A DNA stretch of 64,000 nucleotides, from NCBI GenBank assembly GCA_019057865.1, contig JAHLWP010000004.1, forward strand, positions 1 to 64,000, in the 5' to 3' direction. Position numbers and translations under genes: made by a program. Below the pieces are notes generated by a model that had not been told where the DNA came from, ran no database searches, and saw only the letters and a list, made by a program, of their open reading frames with translations. Shown piece by piece: positions 30,172 through 39,597 of the stretch (positions within the stretch are counted from its first letter, which is position 1; each line of letters begins with the position of its first letter). Source of the DNA: Promethearchaeota archaeon. Lineage in GTDB: Archaea > Asgardarchaeota > Lokiarchaeia > Sigyniarchaeales > SOKP01.

Positions 30172-31407
30172 TCACCTATATTTAATTCCAAGAAAATTTA
30201 AAATCCTTTCTGTTGATTTACCATCAATGTATTTGTTAAATCTATTTCTTACTTTTATTCTTTTATCCTCATATTCCTTATCGATTTTATCTACATTTTT
30301 AATTCCATTTATTAAATCCTCAGCATTGTAAAAAATAGGGCCAGGAGCAATATCTTCCAAATTATATAATAAACCCCAATTTTTTGAGTAGTTTTCAAGA
30401 TCATAAGGGTATAAAAGAATTGGTCTATTTAATAATGAAAAATCGAGCATTGTTGATGAGTAATCAGTGATAAGAACATCTGTAATTAAATATAATTCTT
30501 CAATATTTGCACTTTTAGGAACATTTCTAATATTATGATAATCTTCGAAACTAATTTCTTTCACTAACATATGAGCTTTGATAAGAAATAAAGTAGCAGT
30601 TTGTTCAAGTAAATCATTTAATTTCTTTAAATCTAAAGAAGTAAAAGGGTTATTTAATTTGAAATCATCTCTCCAAGTAGGGCAATACAGAATAATTTTT
30701 TTTATATTTTTGGGAATCTCGTATTTATCCATTAAATTTACAATAAATTTTTCATCCTGATTATATAAAAGATCTAATTTTGGATATCCTAAACTAAGGA
30801 TCTTTTTAGGTGATACTTTAAAAGTTTTACTCAATATTTCGCGTTCTTTTTTATTTCCAGAGGGAGTTAATATATAATCAATATATTGATCATGTTTCAA
30901 TTTTAAACGAAAAATATCACTCCATTTGCTATAAATATACGATTTTTCGAAATCTTTATCTATTATCTTAATAGGAGTTCCATGCCAAGTGAATAGAATA
31001 GTTGTTTTTGGAGAAAATTTTATTGGTAATACATCTTCTAATCCATGAGAAATAAAAATATATTTAGCTTTACGTAATAATTTAATTGTCGCAAAACTAA
31101 AAAATGGAGTAACAGAATATCCCTTTTTTCTAATCTCTATTGTAACGTCTCTTAATTTTGCTATCCAAACTAAATTATAATCCGAATTTTTATTCAAATA
31201 TTCAAATAAGTATTTAGGATTGTCTAAATAAGCCCCTCCATAATGAGCTCCCATAATAATTAATTTTTCGTCTATTTTATCCTTCCATAATTTGGAAATG
31301 TTTTTTATAAAAAAAGGATAGATAATCTGTTTAAAAAAGTCGTATAGCTTATACTTCTTAATAAAAGATACCCTTTGAATTAAATTAAAAATAAAATTAC
31401 TTATCAT
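30172..31407 (-). CDS. TagF-like CDP-glycerol:poly(glycerophosphate) glycerophosphotransferase
   Basis: DNPKYLFEY, WHGTPIK, GYPKLD, YCPTWRD, LITDYSS, DG-STERI. Confidence 0.88.
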   Translation of the reverse strand: MISNFIFNLIQRVSFIKKYKLYDFFKQIIYPFFIKNISKLWKDKIDEKLIIMGAHYGGAYLDNPKYLFEYLNKNSDYNLVWIAKLRDVTIEIRKKGYSVTPFFSFATIKLLRKAKYIFISHGLEDVLPIKFSPKTTILFTWHGTPIKIIDKDFEKSYIYSKWSDIFRLKLKHDQYIDYILTPSGNKKEREILSKTFKVSPKKILSLGYPKLDLLYNQDEKFIVNLMDKYEIPKNIKKIILYCPTWRDDFKLNNPFTSLDLKKLNDLLEQTATLFLIKAHMLVKEISFEDYHNIRNVPKSANIEELYLITDVLITDYSSTMLDFSLLNRPILLYPYDLENYSKNWGLLYNLEDIAPGPIFYNAEDLINGIKNVDKIDKEYEDKRIKVRNRFNKYIDGKSTERILNFLGIKYR

Positions 31408-31528
31408 AGATCAATTATTTTTATCTTGAAATTAATTAGAAAAAATTATAGCTAAAATAAAATTATTACTCTATTTTTCTTATTTCTCTTTAATTTATTT
31501 AGAAATAAATAAAATGAAAAAAATATAA

Positions 31529-32257
31529 TTATAAATTTAATTCCTTTCTCTGAATATTAATTAGTTGCATAATGCCTTTTTGTCCTAACTCTAATACGTC
31601 ATTCAATTTATCTTTGTTAAAAGTAGCCCCTTCTGCTGTGCCTTGAATTTCTATAAATTCTAGATCTTCATTTAAAACTAAGTTAAAATCAACATCTACC
31701 TTAGAATCTTCGCTATAATTAAGATCTAATATTACTTGATCATTTTTGATGCCTAATGAAATTGCCGCCGTAACTTTATAATCTGGAAATTCATGAATTA
31801 TTTGCTCATTATATAGATAATTTATTGCATCAAAAACAGCTACAAAAGCCCCAGTTATCGATGCACATCTCGTACCTCCATCTGCTTGTATTACATCACA
31901 GTCTACCTTGATTGTGCGTTCTCCTAATTTTTCATAATTAAAAGCAGCACGCATACTTCGACCGATTAATCTTTGGATTTCGTGTGTTCTTCCTTTTATC
32001 CTTTGTCTCTCTCTCTCTCTTGAATTTCGTACTTGTGTTGCTCGTGGTAACATATTATATTCTGCCGTTATCCATCCTGTTCCAGTATCTGCTAAAAACC
32101 GTGGAACATAATCCACAACTGAAGCTGTAATAATTATTTTCGTCGCACCTTGAGTAATTAAAACTGATCCTTCTGGGTATTTAAGATAATTCCTTTCTAT
32201 CGTTATTTTTCTCATTTCGTCAAATTTCCTTCCATCAAACCTTACTTTTCCAAGCAT
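31529..32257 (-). CDS. rph: Ribonuclease PH, bacterial type
   Basis: GWITAEYNMLPRAT, GRTHEIQRLIGRSMR, DCDVIQADGGTRCASITG, EIQGTAEG. Confidence 0.92.
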   Translation of the reverse strand: MLGKVRFDGRKFDEMRKITIERNYLKYPEGSVLITQGATKIIITASVVDYVPRFLADTGTGWITAEYNMLPRATQVRNSRERERQRIKGRTHEIQRLIGRSMRAAFNYEKLGERTIKVDCDVIQADGGTRCASITGAFVAVFDAINYLYNEQIIHEFPDYKVTAAISLGIKNDQVILDLNYSEDSKVDVDFNLVLNEDLEFIEIQGTAEGATFNKDKLNDVLELGQKGIMQLINIQRKELNL

Positions 32258-32405
32258 ATGAACCGAACCAGATTTTTCTCAATTGTATTTTCTGTTAAAT
32301 CTAACTAATATTAACTATTTTTTATACCTTATTTAAAATAAGTATTATTAATATATTTTTAGGAATGTGAAAATAACATAGTATAAAAAAGCTGAAAATA
32401 AACAT

Positions 32406-33497
32406 TTAAGTCATAGGATATGATCCTAAAATTTTATGCCATATCACAATTGTATTCATGTTTTCTAAAACTTTCTTTACCTTAGGATTATCCTTATCCC
32501 CTTCAAAATCCATAATAAAAATATACTCCCAACGGCCTCTTCTACGAGGACGGGACTCAATTTTAAGCAAATTAATTTCTGCATCAGCATAAAGTTTTAA
32601 TACTCTGTATAAAGCTCCTGGAATATGTCGGGTAACAAATAATATTGATGTCTTAATTTTGCCTTCTTTTTCAATATTCTCTTTCTTCGAAATTATAAGG
32701 AATCTTGTAGAATTTAATAAATTATCCTCGATTTTTGAGTGTAAGATTTTTAAACCGTAAACATCACTGGCAAATTCCGTACCAATCGCGGCATAAGACT
32801 CACTATTTAATTCCTTAACTCTACGAACTGCTTCTGCTGTAGAATTAACATCTATTATATCCGCTGTTGGTATATTTGCTTTAATCCAATTTCTTGTTTG
32901 AACAAAAGCTTGAGGGTGGGATAAAATAGTTCTAATCCTTGATAAATTGGATCTTTCCAATGAGATTAAATTTTGAATAATCCGAAGCTCAATTTCTCCA
33001 TATATAAAAATATCTTTATCGATTAACAAATCAAGAGTTTCTCTAACTGTACCTTGAAGGCTATTTTCAATAGGAATTACCCCAAATTCTATATTTTCTT
33101 TTTCAATATTTATAAAAATCTCTGATATAGAATTATAGGGAAGAAATTCTGTACCTGCTTTGGGAAAAAATTCAAGAGCAGCTTGATGCGTAAATGTTCC
33201 TTTAGGGCCTAGATATCCGACTTTTGGAATAACCCCTTGAATTGATCTACTGGCACTCAAAATTTCCTTCCATATTGCCTTAACACTTTCTGGTTTTAAT
33301 ATTTTTGATTGAGATTTTATCCTTTCAAGTATCTCTCTTTCTCTTTCGGGCTGAAAAACTTCAAGATTTAACAGTTTTTTGATCTCTCCTATCTTAGAAA
33401 CCGTTATACCTCTTTTATTCAACAGTTCAATTATCTCACTATCAATCTGATCAATTAATTTCCTATATTCTTTTAATTGTTTAGTATTTTCTTCCAT
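32406..33497 (-). CDS. pheA: Chorismate mutase / prephenate dehydratase
   Basis: N-terminal CM domain, YLGPKGTFT, PIENS, SHPQA, TRF, ESRP. Confidence 0.95.
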   Translation of the reverse strand: MEENTKQLKEYRKLIDQIDSEIIELLNKRGITVSKIGEIKKLLNLEVFQPEREREILERIKSQSKILKPESVKAIWKEILSASRSIQGVIPKVGYLGPKGTFTHQAALEFFPKAGTEFLPYNSISEIFINIEKENIEFGVIPIENSLQGTVRETLDLLIDKDIFIYGEIELRIIQNLISLERSNLSRIRTILSHPQAFVQTRNWIKANIPTADIIDVNSTAEAVRRVKELNSESYAAIGTEFASDVYGLKILHSKIEDNLLNSTRFLIISKKENIEKEGKIKTSILFVTRHIPGALYRVLKLYADAEINLLKIESRPRRRGRWEYIFIMDFEGDKDNPKVKKVLENMNTIVIWHKILGSYPMT

Positions 33498-33527
33498 AAT
33501 AATAAATAATAGTTGTTTAAAAATAAA

Positions 33528-35204
33528 TTATAAAAAATCCTGTAGATTTAATTCGAAAGCAGCAACAGGAAACTCTAATTTAAAGTTGAGTAAAACTTCA
33601 GGATGAATTTCGCCTATCTCACCTACTTTACTACCCTTTAAATAAATCTCTCCATAACGACCATCTATATAGCTAAGATTCTTATTAGGTTTTATTTCAA
33701 AATCGTTTTCATATCCAAGTGAGATCATTATAAAGTCTAAAGTAGATCTAATCTCTGTGAAATCAGCTTCATCATGATAGGAAGTAGCAGAAAGATGGAC
33801 TTCTCTTTTAGTACCCGTTTCCTCATCAGGGTCCAATAATATTACATCTCCTACTTCAAAAATCCTTATTGGCTTTTCTTCAGATCTGTTTAATAGTAAA
33901 GTATCCATTAGTTGAGGTAATAATTTCTTCCTCGTTGTATTGTATTCTTTTGAAATTGGATTAGCAATTTCAACTATATTTGTTTTATCATAATTTTGCT
34001 TCATAAGATCATATTGTTTTTCAGAACTTGTTAGGATAAAATTAAGTATTTCTAAATATCCTGCCCCTATCATAATTTTTCTTATTTTACTTGAAAAATC
34101 TTGGATAGGATGATATGCTCCTACACCACCTTCCCTAATTGTAAGTGGTAAATTAAAATATCCATAACCAATAGCACATTCTTCAGTAAAATCTACTGGA
34201 TGCATTATGTCTCCTCGGTATGCCGGAACCCAGATATCTAAGTAGCCATTCTTTTTAGATTTCTTAGCCTCCATTCTAATCTTTTGAAAACATTTTATCA
34301 TTTCTGTCAATGATAATTTTAAGCCAATAACATCATTTATATAACCAGCTTTTACTTCCCATTTTTTGGGATTTAGATTAGGAGTGATAATTTCTTTTCC
34401 TCCTTGATAACTTACTTTTACGCTTTCTATTTTTGCTCCCATATCTAATAACGTTGTTGATAAAATATTCAATGCTAAATTCACTGCTTTAAAATCAGTA
34501 CCAGTTAAATCCAAAAACAAATTTTCTGTATCATCTGTAACAGTAGTAAGTACACCATTTATAATTGGGGGAAATGAAAGAACTTCATCGTTATTATCAA
34601 AAATTATAGGATAAACGTCTTTCCCTTCTAAAATATGGGCATATTCAATACCTTTATCATGCAATAACAAAATCTCTTCCAAATTCATAGGATATCCATC
34701 TCCATGTAGAGGTATGAAACTAACTGAATCTGGCTTTACTGCTGTATACCTATAAGGAGGTATAATTTTATCTAAATCATGAACTCCAATAGCAACCTTT
34801 CTTCTGTCTCTTCCTACTGCCCAATGTAAGTGTTCTTGTATATTCATTAAAGTAGCAACCTCATCCTCATCTAAATCAATATCTCGAATAACTCCGCAAA
34901 CTATATATGGTCTAACTTTTTTTACACTAGGATCTACATTGAGGGTAATTTCTCCTGGTCTAACTTCGTATGAGGGAATTCCTAGTTCGATCTCATAATA
35001 TCCTTTAAGTGCCCTAGCAATTCCCTCCGGACTTGAAAAATCAGGTCTATTGGGATTATATTCTACCTTAACTTTTTGTTCTTCTACGTTAGTATCTTCT
35101 AAATCTAATCCTATCCATTGTAAATCGTATTCTAATTCTTTTAAGTCTAATTTCTTTCCAACTAACCTTTCTAATCTTTCAATTTTTAATTCAATAGTAG
35201 GCAT
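33528..35204 (-). CDS. pheT: Phenylalanine--tRNA ligase beta subunit (archaeal type)
   Basis: NRPD, RRKVAIGVHDL, SFPPIING, RGDIMHPVDFTEE, GEIHPEVL. Confidence 0.95.
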   Translation of the reverse strand: MPTIELKIERLERLVGKKLDLKELEYDLQWIGLDLEDTNVEEQKVKVEYNPNRPDFSSPEGIARALKGYYEIELGIPSYEVRPGEITLNVDPSVKKVRPYIVCGVIRDIDLDEDEVATLMNIQEHLHWAVGRDRRKVAIGVHDLDKIIPPYRYTAVKPDSVSFIPLHGDGYPMNLEEILLLHDKGIEYAHILEGKDVYPIIFDNNDEVLSFPPIINGVLTTVTDDTENLFLDLTGTDFKAVNLALNILSTTLLDMGAKIESVKVSYQGGKEIITPNLNPKKWEVKAGYINDVIGLKLSLTEMIKCFQKIRMEAKKSKKNGYLDIWVPAYRGDIMHPVDFTEECAIGYGYFNLPLTIREGGVGAYHPIQDFSSKIRKIMIGAGYLEILNFILTSSEKQYDLMKQNYDKTNIVEIANPISKEYNTTRKKLLPQLMDTLLLNRSEEKPIRIFEVGDVILLDPDEETGTKREVHLSATSYHDEADFTEIRSTLDFIMISLGYENDFEIKPNKNLSYIDGRYGEIYLKGSKVGEIGEIHPEVLLNFKLEFPVAAFELNLQDFL

Positions 35205-35213
35205 TTTATCACC

Positions 35214-36755
35214 TCATTTAAGATATGATTGCTTTCTCAACCATTTAATTGGATTAATATAAAAATCTCTAATATCTGTTCGATCATAATATAGCATTGC
35301 AATTCTTTCAAGACCTTGACCCCAAGCTAATACACGTGTAGGCTCTTTAATTCCCCATGGATAGGTAACTTCTGGTCGAAAAATTCCTGAGCCTCCCATT
35401 TCTAACCATTCATCTAATTTATCATAATATACCGAAACTTCCATACTAGGTTCTGTATAAGGAAAGAATCCTGGTCGAGTAACTATCTTCTTAAAACCCA
35501 TTTTTCTATAGAATTCCGATAATAATCCAATTAAATCACATAGAGTAACATTATCATCGATTACAATCCCTTCTACTTGAGTGAATTCTGCTAAATGAGA
35601 TTTATCAAGTTTTTCATTTCGAAATACTCTATCCACACAAAATACTTTTACTGGTACTTTCTCGTTGTTTCTATAAAATTGGGCCAATCTCCTCATAGTT
35701 GTGGCAGTAGTATGGGGTCTTAATACCGTTTTCTTTGCAATGTTTTCATCCCATTCATACCCCCATCCAATAGATCCACTATCACCGCCATTTTCATGAG
35801 TTTTTTTCACAGCCAAAACTCTATCCTTTTCTGGCAACTTTGCGACTTTTGGGTTATTTAAATAAAATGTATCTTGTAATTCTCTTGCAGGGTGATCTTG
35901 TGGTTGAAATAAAGCATCGAAATTGTAAAAAGCACTTTCTATAATTGGACCCCTTATTTCTATAAAACCCATTGATAAAAATATTTCTCTTATTTCATTA
36001 ATTAAATTTACTAATGGATGAATTTTCCCTGCCTTTAATAACGGACCTGGTTTAGTGACATCAAAGGGTTTCAAATTATAATTTTTCCAAGTGCCAGAGC
36101 TTAGCATCTCTGAAGTAATTTTGCTAATTTGCTTCAATTCTTTTATTTCAGAAATTGGGATAGATTTACCTTTTTTTGTTAAATAAATAATTCTTTGAGT
36201 TTTACGAACCTTGTTCATCAATTTCCTTTTGTTTAAAATATCAAATTGCATTAATTCCTCTTTTGATAAAATAGAATAATCGACTATCTCATTACTCTCG
36301 AATTTCTTAAGAAATTTTTCTAATTGTGTTTCAGGAAATTCTTCAGCAATAAGAAAGATTTTATTTTCCCCCGTAGCTTTACTTTGGGCAACCCATTTAT
36401 TTTTTTTTAAATTAGAAATGCCAACATAAAAAAGATTTTCATCTAATTTAGCTTGTCCTCTCAAATCATCTAAGTTAATTTCTTTAATCTCATTTTTTAA
36501 TAATATTTGAAGAATTTGACGTTCTGGTAATCCTTTTTCCAAATAAGTTAACCCTTCTTGACTTAAAGAAACTTGATACATTTCTTCTTCTCTAAATCCT
36601 CCTAAGTTATTATCAATTAAATCATTTATAGCAGACATGAGTACAATATAATCAACATTAAGTTCTTTTGCTAATTTTGATGCCTCTATTTCAATATCTT
36701 TTTCTTGAAGAATTTTCAAAATATTAATAACTTGTTTTTTTAGCTCAATACTCAT
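35214..36755 (-). CDS. pheS: Phenylalanine--tRNA ligase alpha subunit (archaeal/eukaryote type)
   Basis: GLPE, GKIHP, NFDALFQPQDHPARE, FRNE, FPYTEPS, AWGQGLER. Confidence 0.96.
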   Translation of the reverse strand: MSIELKKQVINILKILQEKDIEIEASKLAKELNVDYIVLMSAINDLIDNNLGGFREEEMYQVSLSQEGLTYLEKGLPERQILQILLKNEIKEINLDDLRGQAKLDENLFYVGISNLKKNKWVAQSKATGENKIFLIAEEFPETQLEKFLKKFESNEIVDYSILSKEELMQFDILNKRKLMNKVRKTQRIIYLTKKGKSIPISEIKELKQISKITSEMLSSGTWKNYNLKPFDVTKPGPLLKAGKIHPLVNLINEIREIFLSMGFIEIRGPIIESAFYNFDALFQPQDHPARELQDTFYLNNPKVAKLPEKDRVLAVKKTHENGGDSGSIGWGYEWDENIAKKTVLRPHTTATTMRRLAQFYRNNEKVPVKVFCVDRVFRNEKLDKSHLAEFTQVEGIVIDDNVTLCDLIGLLSEFYRKMGFKKIVTRPGFFPYTEPSMEVSVYYDKLDEWLEMGGSGIFRPEVTYPWGIKEPTRVLAWGQGLERIAMLYYDRTDIRDFYINPIKWLRKQSYLK

Positions 36756-36932
36756 GGTTCTAAATTAAATTAATTATATTTTTCAGTATATATATTTTAA
36801 ATATTTAATCTATTTAAATCTTTCGTGGAAAAACTCGCTGTAAATCGCTCTATCATGAATTAGAGTAATAATATATAATAAAAAAGATTATATAACACTA
36901 TTTTTTAGTAAAAGTCTGAAAATAATGCCGCA

Positions 36933-36974
36933 GCCAAGGGAATAACATCAAATCTATTTAATTATTACCTTGGC
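36933..36974 (-). promoter_or_regulatory. GC-rich hairpin in the pheS 5' region overlapping the leader stop codon
   Basis: Minus strand GCCAAGG-T-AATAA...TTATT-C-CCTTGGC, followed by T-runs. Confidence 0.6.
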
Positions 36975-37051
36975 AGAATAAAAACATCAAAGAAAAATGA
37001 ATCTTGATTGAGTTTATATTTTATACACATATTATCTATATAAGAACTCAT
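36965..37051 (-). CDS. Candidate Phe-rich leader peptide (28 aa) upstream of pheS-pheT-pheA
   Basis: MSSYIDNMCIKYKLNQDSFFFDVFILPR*; second in-frame ATG at 37030; TTATAAAT 27-34 nt upstream of the first ATG. Confidence 0.5.
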   Translation of the reverse strand: MSSYIDNMCIKYKLNQDSFFFDVFILPR

Positions 37052-37117
37052 ACTTTACTCTACTCAAGTATTCATTTATTTATAATTGAATATATTAATT
37101 CTAACTAAAAAATTTTG

Positions 37118-37558
37118 CTATAAAAGTTTCTCTCTAATAGATGTAGAACTAATTTTTTGGTTATTTTCATCCTTTATTATCGATATAACAATAATTATTA
37201 AAGGTTTAAATCCCTTACTTTCTCTAATCTCGTTAATTTTTACAGCTACTTTATAAGTTTCCTGACTAACGAATATTCCATCATATTCAGGTTCATTGAT
37301 GGGGGGTCCATATATATCATTTAATTCAATGATTTGGACCCTAGTAATGTCTGCTATTGTTTTAATGAAATCTTCTAAATTACGTTTTCTTGTTTCATAA
37401 TTTTCAAGTTTTGAAACTGCCTTTTTGTTCTTTAATAATTTTTCAGTAGTTAAACCTATTACAATATTATTAGAAATAGATAAAGCTGTTTTTATTAAAG
37501 ATTTATGACCCTCATGAAGATGATCAAATGTCCCGCCCATACCGACTTTGTTTAAAAT
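37118..37558 (-). CDS. coaD: Phosphopantetheine adenylyltransferase (archaeal/eukaryote type)
   Basis: GGTFDHLHEGH, YGP, VSQET, INEIR, KISSTSIR; probable ATT start at 37558 (first ATG at 37540). Confidence 0.88.
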   Translation of the reverse strand: MLNKVGMGGTFDHLHEGHKSLIKTALSISNNIVIGLTTEKLLKNKKAVSKLENYETRKRNLEDFIKTIADITRVQIIELNDIYGPPINEPEYDGIFVSQETYKVAVKINEIRESKGFKPLIIIVISIIKDENNQKISSTSIREKLL

Positions 37559-37586
37559 CTGAAAAACACCTTACTAAATTTTAAGG

Positions 37587-38000
37587 TTATTTTTTAATAC
37601 TTGCTTTTTTACTCGGTTCAGAAGTTTTTTTTAATCTTACGGAATAAATTTGTTTTATTTCCATTAAATCAACGCATTTATCGCATTTATCTTTCATTTT
37701 AAATACAAAATCTCCTTTAGCATAATTTCTCACTTTAGTAAGTCCACATAAGTTACATGTTAAAATAGTTAGAGTTTGTCTTAATGGTTCTGAGGGACCT
37801 TTTTGCATTTGCATTAACGTAGATCCTAAACATATTAACATAAAACCAATTGACCATCTTGAAAATTGATCCAGCCCAAAGTCAAGATAGATGAATAATG
37901 CGCCTGCTATAATTAATAAAATTAAAAGAAGATTTTTAAAAAAGCTTTTTAGGGTAACTCCTTTTTTTAATATTTCCTCATCGTCTTCTTCTTCAATCAT
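37587..38000 (-). CDS. Small two-TM protein with C-terminal zinc ribbon
   Basis: Two hydrophobic helices, CNLC...GDFV...CDKC. Confidence 0.65.
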   Translation of the reverse strand: MIEEEDDEEILKKGVTLKSFFKNLLLILLIIAGALFIYLDFGLDQFSRWSIGFMLICLGSTLMQMQKGPSEPLRQTLTILTCNLCGLTKVRNYAKGDFVFKMKDKCDKCVDLMEIKQIYSVRLKKTSEPSKKASIKK

Positions 38001-38126
38001 AGAAAAAATAGTAACATCTAATTTTCTATTGTTTATAATAGAAAAGAATAAATAAATTTTATTATTATAAAAACATAATAGATTAAAGTTTTCTTTATTA
38101 AGTTAAAGTTTAGGGAAAAGATATTA

Positions 38127-39266
38127 ATGATTTATCAATGGGGTGCCGATCGAGGTACAGATCCGGTTTCTATTATCATAAATTTGCTATTCTTTTTACT
38201 GATCTTTGTTAGTATTTTCTATGGGCAAAAGATACAAAGTTGGAAGGCAGCGAAAGAAATTCAAGTAGGTCTAGATAAACTTAAGAAATGGAACGATGAG
38301 TGTAAAGAGATAATGCTTACTAATTTTAAGGAATTTGCCGATAAAAAACAAACACAAAAAGATCTCATGTTTAAACTTGAAGATTTCATAACATTTGTAA
38401 CAATACCTCCAGTTTCCCTTGATCCTTATGGGATTATACCAAAATTTGATCATGTTGTAGATGTGAGAGATAATCGATTTAAAGAAGAAGTAGGTATATT
38501 AGCTCCTAATGCTGATAGTGTTCAAAGAGCAAATCTAGAAAACTTGTTAGAAGCTGTAATGGCGGTTGATTTTATTTATCGCTTAGTACGACATTATCTT
38601 ATTTTAGGAAAAAAATCAAAATCAATGATTTTATTAATGCAAATTTCAATGCAAATGGGTTTAATTTTAGCAATGGCAAAATCATTCTATTCAGCTGCTA
38701 AAGCATTTTCGGAGGGGAGCCCTATTGGAGATGGTCTTGGTCCTCTTGTTGTAGCTAGTTTTTTAAGAGAAATCTCGAAAGATAACATTGAGGCTCAAGA
38801 AATTGTTAAAGATACTATTGTTCAAGAGCTAAATTTTGAAGATAGAATGATTTATATTGTTCGGGCAAAAGGCCCAGGGGGTACTGTTGGGAAACCAGGA
38901 AAAGTCATTAGAGATCTAGTTAAAAATCACGGAGATTCTATATCTAGAATAATTATGATTGATGCAGGATTAAAACTTAGTGGAGATAAGACAGGATCTA
39001 TAGCAGTTGGAGTAGGGGCTGCTATTGGTGGTTATGGAATTGAAAAACATTACATTGAAGAATCTACTACGGGAAAAGATATTCCAATAGATGCTCTAAT
39101 TTGTAAACAATCTTTAGAAGACGCTATTACTACGATGAAACGCCCGATTACTCAATCAGTACCAAATATCGTAGAAAAAATAAAAATGGCTATACGTAAA
39201 AGAACTGAAAAAGGTACAAAGGTAATAGTGGCAGGGATTGGAAATACTATAGGAATTGGAGTTTAA
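38127..39266 (+). CDS. DUF1512-family archaeal protein
   Basis: PVSLDPYGI, PIGDGLGP, GPGGTVG, IDAGLKL, GIGNTIG. Confidence 0.8.
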   Translation: MIYQWGADRGTDPVSIIINLLFFLLIFVSIFYGQKIQSWKAAKEIQVGLDKLKKWNDECKEIMLTNFKEFADKKQTQKDLMFKLEDFITFVTIPPVSLDPYGIIPKFDHVVDVRDNRFKEEVGILAPNADSVQRANLENLLEAVMAVDFIYRLVRHYLILGKKSKSMILLMQISMQMGLILAMAKSFYSAAKAFSEGSPIGDGLGPLVVASFLREISKDNIEAQEIVKDTIVQELNFEDRMIYIVRAKGPGGTVGKPGKVIRDLVKNHGDSISRIIMIDAGLKLSGDKTGSIAVGVGAAIGGYGIEKHYIEESTTGKDIPIDALICKQSLEDAITTMKRPITQSVPNIVEKIKMAIRKRTEKGTKVIVAGIGNTIGIGV

Positions 39267-39597
39267 ATGAACTTCCAATTATCTCGTAAATAATTCTATT
39301 TTTTTCATAGAAATTTTTTAAAAAATACTTCTTCTCTTTTAGGATCTTGATTAAAGTATTTTTATTTTTTTATAGGTGAAAATAGAATGTGTTGAGATTT
39401 CTCTAAAAACAAATTTAAAAAGAGCTCTTAATCCTATTAAAAACTTCAAATTATTTGTTCTAATAAAATTCATACTTATTTTGAAAAAAAGAAATAGTTT
39501 TATAATTAAAGGAATAAAATTAATTAATTACTTTAATTCATAAAATAAAAATTAAAAAAGTTGAAATAAATTAAAATTTACTTGAGGTGTAAATAAT

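Noticed and set aside
32006-32020. (TC)7 microsatellite in rph
   Set aside because: Encodes the Arg/Glu-rich RERE segment expected at this position in RNase PH
36898-36987. Alternative mini-ORFs MFLFCQGNN* and MLFPWLRHYFQTFTKK* before pheS
   Set aside because: No tandem Phe run and no obvious initiation signal; probably by-products of the T-rich repeat, though not fully excluded
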